64,000 nt of DNA from Mobula hypostoma (taxonomy: Eukaryota). The stretch covers positions 74,526,001 to 74,590,000 of the forward strand of contig NC_086108.1 in assembly GCF_963921235.1 (NCBI RefSeq), given 5' to 3'. A program made the position numbers and the translations under genes. The notes under the pieces are model-generated. The model saw only the letters and a list, made by a program, of their open reading frames with translations. It made no database searches and had not been told where the DNA came from. Of the stretch, positions 9,956-22,859 are shown piece by piece. Every line of letters begins with the position of its first letter. The stretch's first letter is position 1.

Positions 9956-11484
9956 AAAGGTATGAAGTATTGTAATATTCTTAAAGAAAGACAGCTATAG
10001 CCTGTTTGATATGCTAGTTACAGTGTTTTCTGGGTTGAATTAATTTGAAAGTTTGACGAAAGCATTTTATGTAATTCAAATACAATTAGCCCAAATAAAA
10101 GGCCTCAAGTTGGAAGTACAATCTGAGCTGGTTTTTCTCTGAATGATTTAGTAGGTCGATCTTGCCTTTCACTAAGGCCGAAGTAGGGCTTAAACAGGTT
10201 GGTGACCACTAATCTATGGGATATACTGCATCAATGCACCAACTCTCCACAAACAGCACTTTCTAAATGTATGACCACTACCAGCTAGAAGGACAATGGC
10301 ACTCAAAGCAAGAGAATACCTCCACTTAGAAGTGGCCCTCCAAACCACACACTTTCGTGAAGTAGAAATACATTGGCTTTCTTACACCATCATTGAGTCA
10401 AAAGCCTGGAAAAAACAAACAAACAAACCGTCTCACTCTCACTCTCGATTGTGGGTATACCCACAGGTTAAAGACTGGTAGTTCAAGGCAGCTCACCACC
10501 ACCTTTTAAGGGGAATTTGGAAAGCCCGTGAAGCCCACATCCCTTGAATGAGAAAAAAAATTACACAGAATTCAAATATTCCTACCTCTGTCACCAGTTT
10601 CCACATTCCAATTATATTCATTCCTAATTTTCTCTTTCCTTCCCTTTCCTGACATCTGTCTCCAACTCATGCTGTAGCTTATCTACCAATATCCATTATA
10701 AACCCACCAACTCCCACACCTCTAGTCCTGCTTCTTCTAAGGACTTTATTCTGTTCTTCCAGTTTTTCTATGCATTTCATCGTTCGGGTGATAAGACTTT
10801 TAACTCCAGTCCCTTGCATTTCTTCACATTTATTGTATTGCAAACAATGTTCATAATATGTTGGAGAAACCAAATGCACATTGGATATGTAACATTTCTT
10901 ACCAATGTGCTTGAAAAGTAGAAATGAGTATTCAGTAGTCAAATAACCTCTGGTAATATGTAACTTCATTGCTGCCATCAGAGCTTCATAGTCAAACCAG
11001 GATTAAGCAGCACTGAAATCAAAGGTGAAAAAGTATCTTAAGAGTCTGACTGGTGCTGGTGTGGTGTGTTCAGCTTTTTTGGCACACGCCTACACACTTC
11101 TTAAAACAAGTCCTGTGAAAAATATAGCTGCAAGCCCACTGAAACCAATATGAAACAACAAATATTGCAGTTGGCTGGTTTATTTATTTACAAGGAGTTT
11201 AGTTACATTCAAAGTATCAATTATGATTCTCAAGAATTTAAAGACACATTCTAAAGAAAAGTTCATAATCCACTTAGTACCAGATCAATGCAACAACAAT
11301 CCATATAGTTCCACTCTCCTGCCTTCTGGAAGTCTTGCGAATTCTTTTCATTCAGGTATTTATCCAGTTCCCTTTTGAATCTTGCAATTGGATCTGCCTT
11401 CAGTACTAATCCTGGCAGTGTGCCCCTTAATCTAATCGCAGAATTTTCCTCGTGTCACTTTTGGTTCTTTGCCAGTCACGGTAT

Positions 11485-12100
11485 GATTATGAAGACTCGT
11501 AGTCCTCTTTTATTGTCATTTAGTAATGCATGCATTAAGAAATAATACATTATTTCCTCCGGTGTGATATCACAAAACACAGGACAAACCAAGACTGAAA
11601 AAGCTGACAAAACCACATAATTATAACATACAGTTACGAACAGTGTAACAATACCATAACTTGATAAAGAAGTCCATGAGCATAGTAAAGTTCAAAGTTT
11701 CTCAAATGTCCCACATCTCATGCAGACGGGAGAAGGAAGAAAAACTCTCCCTGCCATGCCGACCACAATCCGACTCTGAGTCATCCAAAAACTTCGAGCT
11801 CTGATCAGCTCTCCGACACTGAGTACTGAGCACCATCTCTGTCCGAACGATTTGACCTCCTCGGTCGCCAAAAGCAGGCAAGGCCAGGGATTTTGAGGCC
11901 TACCCTCCGAAAGATTCCCGACCACACAGTAATGACAGCAGCAGACGGGCGTTTCAGAAATTTCTCCAGATGCTCCTCTGTGCTTTCATGTCCATTCTCC
12001 ATCAAATCAGAATTGTCCATGGCCCCTATTTAACAGATATGATATCATTTTTCACCGGAGAGCTGCGCACATGCAGGCGCACTGCCATCTTCTCCTCCCA
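11485..12100 (-). mobile_element. Non-autonomous retroposon (~620 bp), copy 1
   Basis: Colinear with 51275..51910; 5' end GGGAGGAGAAGATGGC on the minus strand; 3' end with AATAAA and a short-repeat tail; no coding motifs recognised. Confidence 0.7.
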
Positions 12101-12259
12101 GTAATGCTATATTACCCACTTCTTGTTCCTTCTGATGGGCACAGATAACTCTGTCCACTCCAGCACCTTTCATAATTTTTAATATATCTATTAGATGCCT
12201 TTGCAATTTATTTTTGTTCCAAAGTGTTGGATTAGGATCCAGATAATTGTTTTTCATAA

Positions 12260-14090
12260 GACATAGGAACAGAATCAGGCTTTCGGTCATCGAGTCTGCT
12301 CTGCCATTCTGTCATGGCTGATTTATTATCCTTTATTGTTATACCCCATTCTCCTGCATTCTCCCTGTAACCTTTGACACCGTTGCGCCCTTACTTGAGC
12401 CTATCAAACTGCAATATAAATATACCCAATGACTTGACCTCCACAGCTGTCTGTGGCAATGAATTTCACAGATTCACCACCCTTTCGCTAACAAAATTCC
12501 TCATCTCTTTTTCAAAGACACACTTCTTTTAAGAGGCTGTGGCCTCTAGTCCTAGATTCCTCCCACTACAGGAAACATCCTCTTCATGTCTACTCTATCT
12601 AGGCCATTGAATATTCAATAAGTTTCTATGTGACGCCACTCACTCTGAACACCAGCACAAACAGGCCCAGAGGCAATGTGCTGCTCATACCTTTTCCTTC
12701 CCGGGATCATTCTCGTGAACCTCCTTTCTAATGCAAACACACCCTTTCTTAGATAAGGGGCCTGAAAACTGCTCACAGTCCTGCTAAATGCAATCTGACC
12801 AATGTTTTATAAAACCTCAGCATTATCTCCTTGCTTTTATATTCTAGTCCTCTTGAAATCAATGCTGACATTGCATTTGCTTTCCTTGCCACTGACTCGA
12901 CCTGCAAGTTAACATTTAGGAAATCTTGCATGCAGACTCCCAAGCACTTTTGCACCCCTGATTTCTGAATTTTCTCCCCATTTAGAAAAAGTCTCTGCCT
13001 TTATTTCTTCTACCTAATTGCATGACTGTACACTTTCCTAGACTGTATTCCATTTGCCAATTCTTTGCCCATTCTCATAATCTGACCAAGTCCTTCTGCA
13101 GACTCGTTGTATCCTCAACATTACCTGTCCCTCCACGTACCTTCATACCATCTGCAAGCTTGGCCACAAAGCTATCAATTCCATCATCCAAATTGTTGAC
13201 AAAAGGTATACTGTGAAAAGAAGTGGTCCCAATACCAACTCCTGCAGAATAGCACTTGAACTGGCAGCTAACCAGTAAAGGCCTCTTTATTCCCACTCTT
13301 TGCTTTCTGCCAGTCAGCTAATCTTCCATCCATGCTGGTATCTTCTTGTGATACCATAGGCACTTACCTTGTTTAATAGCCTGGTGTGGCACCTTGTCAA
13401 AGGCCTTCTGAAAATCCAAGTATGCAACATCAACCAATTCTTCTTGGTCTATCCTGCCTGTTATTTCCTCAGAAGAATTCCAACAGATTTGTTCGGCATG
13501 ATTTCCCCTTAAGGAAACCATGCTGACACTGGCCTTTATTGTCAAGTGCCTCCAAGTACACCAAAATCTAATCCTTAATAATGGACTCCAAAATCTTACC
13601 AACCACTAAAGTCAGGCTAACTGGCCAATAATTTCCTTTCTTCTGCCTCCCTCCCTTCTTAAGGAGTGACCTATCTATCTTTGGACCTTTCAGCTTCCCA
13701 AGCACCTTCTCCTTAGTGATAGCAACAACTCTCACTTCTGCTTCTTGACAATCTTAAATTTCTGGCATATGCTTGGTGTCTTCCATAGTAAAAGCTGATG
13801 CAAAATACTTACTGAGTTTGTCAGCCATTTCTGTGTCTGCTATTGCTGTCTCTTTAGTGTCTTTTTCTAGTTGTCTGATATCCTCTCTTTTATATTATTG
13901 GCTAGTTTACCTCCATTTTTCAATTTTTCCTCTCCTTATTGCTTTTTCAGTTGCCTTCTGATGGTTTTTAAAAACTGCCTAATCCTCTACTTTCCTATTA
14001 ATTATTGCTATATTGTATGCCCTCTCTTTTGCCTTTATTCTGTTTGACTTCCCTTGTCAGCTATCGTTGCCTCATTCTCCATTTAGAATG
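12260..14090 (-). mobile_element. CR1 LINE, decayed RT and 3' end
   Basis: Minus-strand fragments VDVAYLDFQKAFDKVPH, NLDDGIDSFVAKLADG, ISRGLEYKSKEIMLRFYKTLVR. Confidence 0.85.
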
Positions 14091-14233
14091 CTTTTTTCAT
14101 CCTGCACTTTTGAATTGAAAATTGTTTTCCTTGTAGTTTCAGTTTTTACATTTGCTTATGTTTGTAAACATTTGTGACTTTGATCTATTTAGTTCTATAT
14201 TTCTGCATTTTGTTTTGTCTGTAAAACCTGAAG

Positions 14234-14505
14234 TGTTATGGGCACTGTAACTCAGTACTTTTCTACTGTGTTCTATTATCAATGATGAATCCCCTTATCT
14301 CACTGGTTCAGACTGGTTTCTGGTATAAAGAAAGAGCATGAGAACAAGGCCATTGTTACTTGCTGTACCTTGCCAAACCATACCGTTCATTGCTGTTCCT
14401 TGTTGCCTAATCTGTATTCTCATGTACATCTAATAAATACAGGTGAAACTGTAAGATTAGTCCCTTGTGCTTGACTTCTGAAGAAGCTTCTGGATCACAC
14501 ATCAC
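14234..14505 (+). mobile_element. Possible old solo LTR
   Basis: Starts TGTTATG, has a TATA-like TATAAA and an AATAAA, ends near CACACATCA; no clear TSD. Confidence 0.3.
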
Positions 14506-14753
14506 CGTATTCAAATAAAAGAGAATGATCCTAGTTTCTCCCATACGTTCTCTTAACCAAAATCTCTCATCCCTGGGATGACTTTGGTAAATTTCTTAGG
14601 CATCCTTACATAAAGTGGTCATTAAAATGATGGTCAAATAGAATTTCTATATATAGTTTACAAAATGAGCTTCCCATAATTGTATATGTATTTGCAAGAT
14701 TTACTTTACTCATTTCACTTAAATACAATTAAAACTGTTTTTGTATTTAATAG

Positions 14754-14876
14754 GATCAACACCCCGAGAAAGCAAGGAGGACTTGGTCCAACAAAAATCC
14801 CCTTGGTGTCAGATCTTCGTCACACAATCTCCTTAGATTATGGTATCTTGAAGGAGGATGAAGGCATTGCTTTCCG
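14754..14876 (+). CDS. PRDX1: Peroxiredoxin-1-like, coding exon 3 ([41 protein letters not shown])
   Basis: TAG acceptor ends 14753, GTCAGT donor at 14877; 123 nt; contains the GGLG motif. Confidence 0.96.
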
Positions 14877-15259
14877 GTCAGTTGCTGGGAAGGGAGTAGA
14901 TGAACAAATGTAGGGTAAAATTGAATATGGAGTAAGATCTAGAATAGGTAATGCATACCTGCTTATCCTTTTGTTCTTTAAGAATAGTGTTCTACTCTGC
15001 TGTTTAAGAATCATGCCTTGATAATCTCATTAGTGCATACTATTTGTTTGCAGCTTCATAGTATTGTGCAACTATGAAACTGAGTTATGGGTATTGATAA
15101 AAGACTTCTACTTTTAAAGTAACAAAAGGTCAATGCTTTACCTCATGAATAAAAACTACCTTTTAAAGATTTTGATAATCATTATCAAATTGGTACATTA
15201 GTAGCTGTACCCACAGTCACTGTTTTAGACATCAGATCTGTATTCAGGAGAGTTACTTG

Positions 15260-18200
15260 TTTGTTTGTCCATCATGCAAAGATGAGAGCCACTCTAGTCA
15301 TCTGCAATTTGTGGGGGCTGAACTGGTCTGAGGGTAGAGGTCAATCCATGCTTGAAATATTCTTTGGCAGCGTGGACAAAAGATAGCAGCCTCCTTGGGT
15401 TGGGGGTTGCTGACTTGGGCTTTCCTAGCCAGCCTATGTCTCGGTTGAAGTTGTCCTTACTGCCTTGTGTCACTGCACCCTTATGGAGAGTGGAGTGCCA
15501 CTCAACCCAATCCTGGGCAATATGTTGCCATGTGTCTGGATTGATGCTAAAGGCTTTTAGTAAAGTTTGCAGGGTGTCTTCATAGCATTTCCTTTGGCCT
15601 CCATGGAAACACTTCCCTTTCTGTAGTTTGCCATAAAGCAATTTCTTAGGCAGCCTATGGTCTGGTGTAAAGTTACGTGGTCTGCCCAATGTAACTGGAT
15701 AGTGTAGGTACTGGGAAGGCCCACTTTGGTTAAGTACCTCAGTGTCAGGGATTTTGTCTTGCCACTTAATGTTGAGGTTTCTGATGCGGCATGTGTGCAA
15801 ATGTTTCAGTTTCTTCGGGTGCCATTGGCACACTGTCCATATTTTGTAGGCTTAAAGTAGAGTGGGAAGTGCTATGGCCCTATACACCTCAACTTCACCT
15901 GTAGACTTGTGCCTCTTCTGTTTCAGACATTTATATAAGGTCTGCTGAAGGTTACACTTGCCTTGGCAAGCCTGGCACTTCATCACCAGTGACAATGCTC
16001 TGGGATGGTGTGCTGCCAAGACATGTGAATCTGTTCATTGGGTTGAGTCTTTGACTGTTTGGCTAGATGTAAGATTTCCCTGGAACTGACTGATGCATTA
16101 CTTCAGTCTTGGTGTTGATGGTAAGCCCGAAGTTGGTACATGCATCAGTAAACTTGTCAACACAGCGCTGCATATTATTGTTTTTAACCAGCCTTGAGGG
16201 CACAGTCATCAGCAAAAAGAATCTCTAGTGATGTCTGTCATCATCTTAGTTTTTGCTTGGAGCCACCTGAGAACGAACAGTTTCCCATTGGTGCAGAATC
16301 TGATGCTGAAGTCCATGTTTTTGCCTCAGAAGACATCAGTTAACCTGGTGGAAAACACCAGACTGAATAGCATTGGTACCAAGACACAGCCCTGCTTGAT
16401 CCCATTCTAAGACAGGGAAGGGCTTGGATGTCTCACCATTGTCCTGAAGCCTAGCTTGCATGCCATCATGGAAATACTACATCATGGGCATCCATACTTT
16501 GCCATGATCTTCCATAGATCCTTTCTGCTAATAATATCGAAGGCCTTAGTTAGGTCAGTGTTTTGCTCTTGACATCTCTCTTGCAGTTGCCTTGCAGCAA
16601 GCACATGTTGATAGTTCCACGTTCTTTCTGGAACCCATACTGGCACTCTGATAGGAATCTCCAGTCACAGTATGAAGTGAGACGGTTAAGAAGAAGTCTG
16701 GTGAAGATTTTGCCTATGATAGACAACAAGGATATTCCCGAATAGTTGGTATCGGATTGTGGGTTTACCAATAGGTCTATCTTTAAATTCTCGTGGAATT
16801 GTCTGTTACTGCCACATAAGTTGGAAGAGCTTTTCTCTAGCATTGCTCTACCTTTCTTTTAGGCCTCAGCTAGTATTGCATCTGATCCAGGCACCTTGCC
16901 ACTAGAGAGCTGAGGTATTACCTTCTGGGTCTCTGCTAATGTTAGTGGAACATCCATTGCTTCATTGATAGGTACTTGGGGCGGGTGATCGATGGCTTTG
17001 TCATTTATAGCTGAAGGATGATTTAGAACACTGTTAAAGTGCTCAGCACTTCAATTCTATGAAGAATTTTCTTGGTCCATGATCAGCATTTTCCTATTAA
17101 CACCAAGGAGAAGGGATGACCCTGATGATGTGGGGCCATAGACTTTTTTTAGTGCAGCGTAGAATTTCTTTAAATCATACCCATCTACAAATGACTGGAT
17201 CTTATCAGCTTTATTGATCAATCAGGAATCCTGCACTTGGCACACTTTGTGTTGTACGGTCCTTTGTATGTAATTGAAGGCATCCTTCTATGAGATGGAC
17301 TTGGGGTCGCTGAGGAAAGCTTTGTGGAGACCATGTTTCTCATCTAACGGTTGTTTGATGTCAACACAGTTTTCATCAAACCAGTCCATAGAACATAGAA
17401 AAACTACAGCACAACACAGGCCCTCCGGCCCACAAAGCACTGTGCTGAACATGTACTTACTTTAGAAATTACCTGGGGTTACCCACAGCCCTCTGCTTTT
17501 CTAAGCTCCACGTACCTATCCTGGAGTCTCTTAAAAGACCCTATCGTATCCGTCTCCACCACCGTCGCCAGCAGCCCATTCCACGTACTCACCACTCTCT
17601 TGAGTTTTTTTAAAAAAAAACAACTTACCTCTGACATCTCTGTACCTACTTCCAAGCACTTTAAAACTCTGCCCTCTCATGTTAGCCATTTCATCCTTGG
17701 AGAAAAAGCCTCTGACCAGCCACACAATCAGTGCCTCTCATCATCTTATACACCTCTTATCAGGTCACCTCTCATCCTCTGTTGCTCCAAGGAGAAAAGG
17801 CCAAGTTCACTCAACCTATTCTCATAAGGCATGCTCCCCAATCCAGGCAACATCCTTGTAAATCTCCTCTGCACCCTTTATATAGTTTCCACATCCTTCC
17901 TGTAGTGAGGTGACCAGAACTGAGCACAGTACTCCAAGTGGGGTCTGACTAGGGTCCTATATAGCTGCAACATTACCTCTCAGCTCTTAAACTCAGTCCC
18001 ACAGCTGATGAAAGCCAATGCGCCATGTTCCTTCTTAACCATAGGGTCAACCTGTGCAGCAGGTTTGAGAGGCCTATATCCCTCTGATCCTCCACACTGC
18101 CAAGAGTCTTACTATTAATACTATATTCTGCCATCATAATTGACCTACCAAAATGAAGCACCTCACACTTATCTGGGTAGAACTCCATCTGCCACTTCTC

Positions 18201-20510
18201 AGTCCACTTTTGCATCCTATCAATGTCCTGCTGTAACCTCTGACAGCTCTCCACACTATCCACAACACCCCCAATATTTGTGTCATCAGCAAATTTACTA
18301 ACCCATCCCTCCACTTCCTCATCCAGGTCATTTATAAAAATCATGGAGAAGGGGTCCCAGAACAGATCCCTGAGGCACACCACTGGTCACGGACCTCCAT
18401 GCAGAATATGACCCGTCTACAACCACTCTTTGCCTTCTGTGGGCAAGCCAGTTCTGGATCCACAAAGCAAGGTCCCCTTGGATCCCATGCCTTCTTACTT
18501 TCTCAATAAACCTTGCATGGGGTACCTTATCAAATGCCTTGCTGAAATCCATATACACTACATCTGCTGCTCTACCTTCATGAACGTGTTTAGTCACATA
18601 CTCAAAAAATTCAATCCGGCTTGTAAGGCACAACCTGCCTTTGACAAAGCCATGCTGACTATTCTCAATCATATTATGCCTCTTCAAATGTTCATTAATT
18701 CTGCTTCTCAGGATCTTTTTTTCCATCGACTTGCAGGAAGGAGCTCAACTACTGAAGTAAGACTCACTGGTCTATAATTTCCTGGGCTATCTCTACTCCC
18801 TTTCTTGAATAAGGGAACAACATCTGCAACCCTTCAATCCTGTGGAACTTCCCTTCTCCCATTGATGGTGCAAAGATGATTGCCAGAGGCTCAGCAATCT
18901 CCTCCCACAGTAGCCTGGGGTACATCTCGTCCGGTCTTGGAGACTTATCCAACTTGATGCTTTCCAAAAGCTCCAGCACATCCTCTTTCTTAATGTCTAT
19001 ATGCTCAAGCTTTTCAATCAGCTGTAAGTCATCCCTGCAATCACTGAGATCCTTTTACGTAGTGAATACTGAAGCAAAGTGTTCATTAAGTACTTCCGCT
19101 ATCTCATCCATTTCCATACATACTTTTCCACTGTCACACTTGATTGGTCCTATTCTCTCACATCTTATTCTCTTGCTCTTCACATATAGAATGCCTTGTG
19201 GTTTTCTTTAATCCTGCTCACCAAGGCCTTCTCATGGACCCTTCTCCTCTCCTAATCTTATTCTTAAGCTCCTTCCTGCAAGCCTTATAATCTTCTAGAT
19301 CTCTATCATTACCTAGTTTTTTTTGAACCTTTTGTTAAAAACCTCGTTTTTTGAAGCAGTCCTTGTGCTTTCTATTACAGGCTTCATAACCAGTGCAGCT
19401 CTGTTGCAGATCAGCTCTTGAAGGGTTGACCAAGCAGTTTCCACATTCTGATTGTCCAGAGTGGTGGAGTTTAAGTGGTCTTCTTGAGTTTCAACCCAAA
19501 AAATACTGTTTTATGTTGCTACTTCTCATCTTGGAGAGGTTCAGCTGTTTTGGGTCTTTCTTTTCTTGTGGGTGTCTCTTGGGCTGAATATGAATGTTCA
19601 GTTTAGAAATGATGAGATGGTGGTCTGTCCAGCGTTCAGCATCGCACATAAATTTTGTCATTTGCATCCTGCCTGTCTCTCTTCCTGATGATGAAGTAGT
19701 CAGTTAGATGCCAATGCTTAGAGTGGGGAAGTCACCAGGGATAATAAGTTCTTCGTTTTGGAAATAGTGGCAATAACTGATTGCAGTTCTTCATAAAATT
19801 TTTCAATGACATCTGGGTTGATCATGGACACGTGTTGACAATAGTGTTAGAGGGAGTTTTATGGCCATGAGCCGGTCATTCACACCTCTTGGAGGGTCCA
19901 GCAAGCATGTCAGCAATCTCTTGTCTTCACTGCAAATCCAAACCTAGCCTCACATCAGTCTCAATTTCCTCTTCCACTCCAAAAGAATGTTCATCCTGTG
20001 CCCTTTTCACAAAGTTGGCCCTCTCCTGAAAGCCAGGTCTCACTCAGGGCTGCGATATCAATGTTGTATCAGGCTGGTTCTCCTTATTAAAGTTCTCCTC
20101 TGAGATCTGTCAACGTTGACTCTAAGTATGTGGACACCCCACACACTGATGCCCATGACGTCCTTTGTGCCTCATGCTCTGATTGCTTCACAGCATCTTG
20201 CTGGGTGTGCCTTCCTGCCCTTTGAGCCAAACTAGTGGTTACCTCTGTGCAGTTGGCTAGGTGCAGTCTTTGCTTGCTTGGGTAGGCAAGCCCAAATTCA
20301 CCAAGGGTTTAAGAGCCATCAGTTACCTTCACCTGGTTTAGCCCACTCGTCAAGGCAGTTTATCAGGGTTTGGCTTCTGTTGCTAGCAGACAGCTGCTTG
20401 GAACCAGAAGTGTGAGTGCTAAGTCGGGACCAATGGTGATGGAGCATATGGGCTGTCAGGGAGTGGTAGCAGTTCTGATGGGGCAGACATGCCGTGCTCA
20501 CTTGGAACAT
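15260..20510 (-). mobile_element. RTE-clade LINE, near full length but decayed, interrupted by a CR1
   Basis: Minus-strand motifs NYSGISLLSIIGKIFTR..LSECQYGF, IKWQDKIPDTEVL, RLPKKLLYGKL; DWFDEN-type motif at the CR1 junction (~17385), with RTE-like sequence resuming at ~19335; EN-like sequence at ~19500-20150. Confidence 0.82.
17388..19335 (-). mobile_element. CR1 LINE, 5'-truncated, inserted in the RTE
   Basis: ORFs 18328..18726 and 17973..18383 ([39 protein letters not shown]); 3' tail TTCTATG(TTCTATG). Confidence 0.92.
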
Positions 20511-20629
20511 AGGGTGATATGTACCTTAGATGATGTTTCGTGAGTGGTAGACTTCATTTTGTCACCATGTCATACAGTATTGTGCAAAGGTCTCAGGCAC
20601 ATATACGTATATAAAATTTATAGGCACAT

Positions 20630-22368
20630 ATAGGATAAGACGTGAGAGAATAGGACCAATTAAGTGTGACACTGGAAAAGTGTGTATGGAACTGGAGGAG
20701 ATAGCAGAGATACTTAATGAATACTTAAGTATTCACTACGGAAAAGGATCTTGGTGATTGTAGGGATGACTTACAGCAGACTGAAAAGTTTGAGCAGGAA
20801 GATATTAAGAAAGAGGATGTGCTGGAGCTTTTGAAAGCATCGAGTTGGATAAGTCACCGGGACCAGACGAGATGTACCCCAGGCTACTGTGGGAGGCGAG
20901 GGAGGAGATTGCTGAGTCTCTGGCAATGATCTTTGCATTGTCAATGGGGAAGAGAGAGGTTCTGGAGGATGGAGGATTGCAGATATTGTTCCCTTATTCA
21001 AGAAGAGATAGCTCTGGAAATTATAGACCAATGAGTCTTACTTCAGTGGTTGATAAGTTGATGGAAAAGATCCTGAGAGGCATGAATAATGAACATTTGG
21101 AGAGGAATATGACTTTGTCAAAGGCAGGTCGTGCCTTACAAGCCCGATTGAATTTTTTGAGGATGTTACTAAACACATTGATGAAGGTGGAACAGTGGAT
21201 GTAGTGTATATGGATTTCAGCAAGGCATTTGATAAGGTACCCCATGCAAGGCTTATTGAGAAAGTAAGGAGGCATGGGATCTAAGGAGACACTGCTTTGT
21301 GGATTCAGAATTGGCTTGCCCACAGAATGGTTGTAAACGGGTCATATTCTGCAGGGAGATCTGTGACCAGTGGTGTGCCTCAGGGATCTGTTCTGGGATC
21401 CCTTCTCTTCGTGATTTTTATAAATGATCTGGATGAGGGAGTGGAAGGATGGGTTACTAAATTTGACAATGACACAAAGTTTGGGGGTGTTGTGGATAGT
21501 CTGGAGGGTTTGTCAGAGGTTACAGCAGGACATCGATAGGGTTCAACACTGGGCTGAGAAGTGGCAGATGGCGTTCAACCCAGGTAATTGTGAGGCGGTT
21601 CATTTTGGTAGGTCAAATATTATGGCAGAATATAGTATCAATGGTAAGACTCTTGGCAGTGTGGAGGATCAAAGGGATTTTGGGGTCCGAGTCTGTAGGA
21701 CAGTCAAAGCTGCCGCACATGTTGATTCTGTGGTTAAGAAGGCATACGGTGCATTGGCCTTCCATCAACTGTGGGATTGAGTTTAGGAGGCAAGAGGTAA
21801 TATTACAGCTATATAGGACCCTGGTGAGATCCCACTTGGAGTACTGTGCTCAGTTCTGGTCGCCTCACTACAGGAAAGATGTCGAAACCATAGAAAGGCT
21901 GCAGAGGTGATTTACAAGGATGTTGCTTGGATTGGGGAGCATGCCTTATGAGAAAAGGTTGGGTCAACTTGGCCTTTTCTCCTTGGAGTGATGGAGGATT
22001 AGAGGCGACCTGATAGAGGTATATAAGATGATAGGCATTGATTATGTGGATAGTCAGAGGCCTTTACCTAGGGCTGAAATGGCTAACACGAGAGGGCAGA
22101 GTTTTAAGGTGCTTGGAAGTAGATATAGAGGAGATCTCAAGGGCAAGTTTTTTACGCAGAGAGTGGTGAGTGTGTGGAATGGGCTGCTGGTGACGGTGTT
22201 GGGGCAGATATGATAGTGTCTTTTAAGAGACTCCTGGATAGGTACATGACACTTAGAAAAATAGAGGGCTATGGGTAACCCTAGGTAATTTCTAAAGTTA
22301 GGACATGCTTGGCACACCATTGTGGGTTGAAGGGCCTGTATTGTGCTGTTAGTTTTCTATGTTTCTAT
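20630..22368 (+). mobile_element. CR1 LINE, 5'-truncated, same subfamily as 17388..19335 in opposite orientation
   Basis: [49 protein letters not shown]; tail TTTCTATGTTTCTAT. Confidence 0.92.
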
Positions 22369-22859
22369 ATAGCTTAGAGGCACAGTACTGTAGTAATTTT
22401 ACATATAGCAGTGTATTTCAGCCCCACAAAAAAAATTTCATGATGTATGTGAGTGATAAACCCGATTCTGATATGAGTGCCTGTTGTAGACTGAGTGGGA
22501 AGGGGGCAGGAAGAGAAGGTTCATGGTTGGGAAAATGGGAAGGCAGAGGGGAGGGGATGTGAAGCACCAGAGAGAGGTTCTGTAATGGTCAATAAACAAA
22601 TTATTTGGAATCAAGTGACCTTGCCTGGAGTCTCAGGGCTGGGTGTGTCTGCATCTGTGCCAACCCCCACCCCTGATACTCCACTGCCACCTGTCCGAAA
22701 TCCCGCTCTCTGTGCTCCACCCTCACCATTCCCAACACCCTTTGCTCCCACCAGATTTACAAACTCGTTATCTGCTCCATGTTGACAAATACGGTACAGT
22801 GCAAAATGTCTTGGCCATCCTGGCTATATATAGCTAGCATCTCACTAAAGAAAAGGAAA

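Larger units (their letters stand above)
8222..10211. mobile_element. hAT DNA transposon, non-autonomous and internally rearranged
   Basis: TIRs TAGTGGTTGCCAACC (8222) and GGTTGGTGACCACTA (ends 10211); perfect 8-bp TSD ATCTATGG at 8214-8221 and 10212-10219. Confidence 0.93.
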
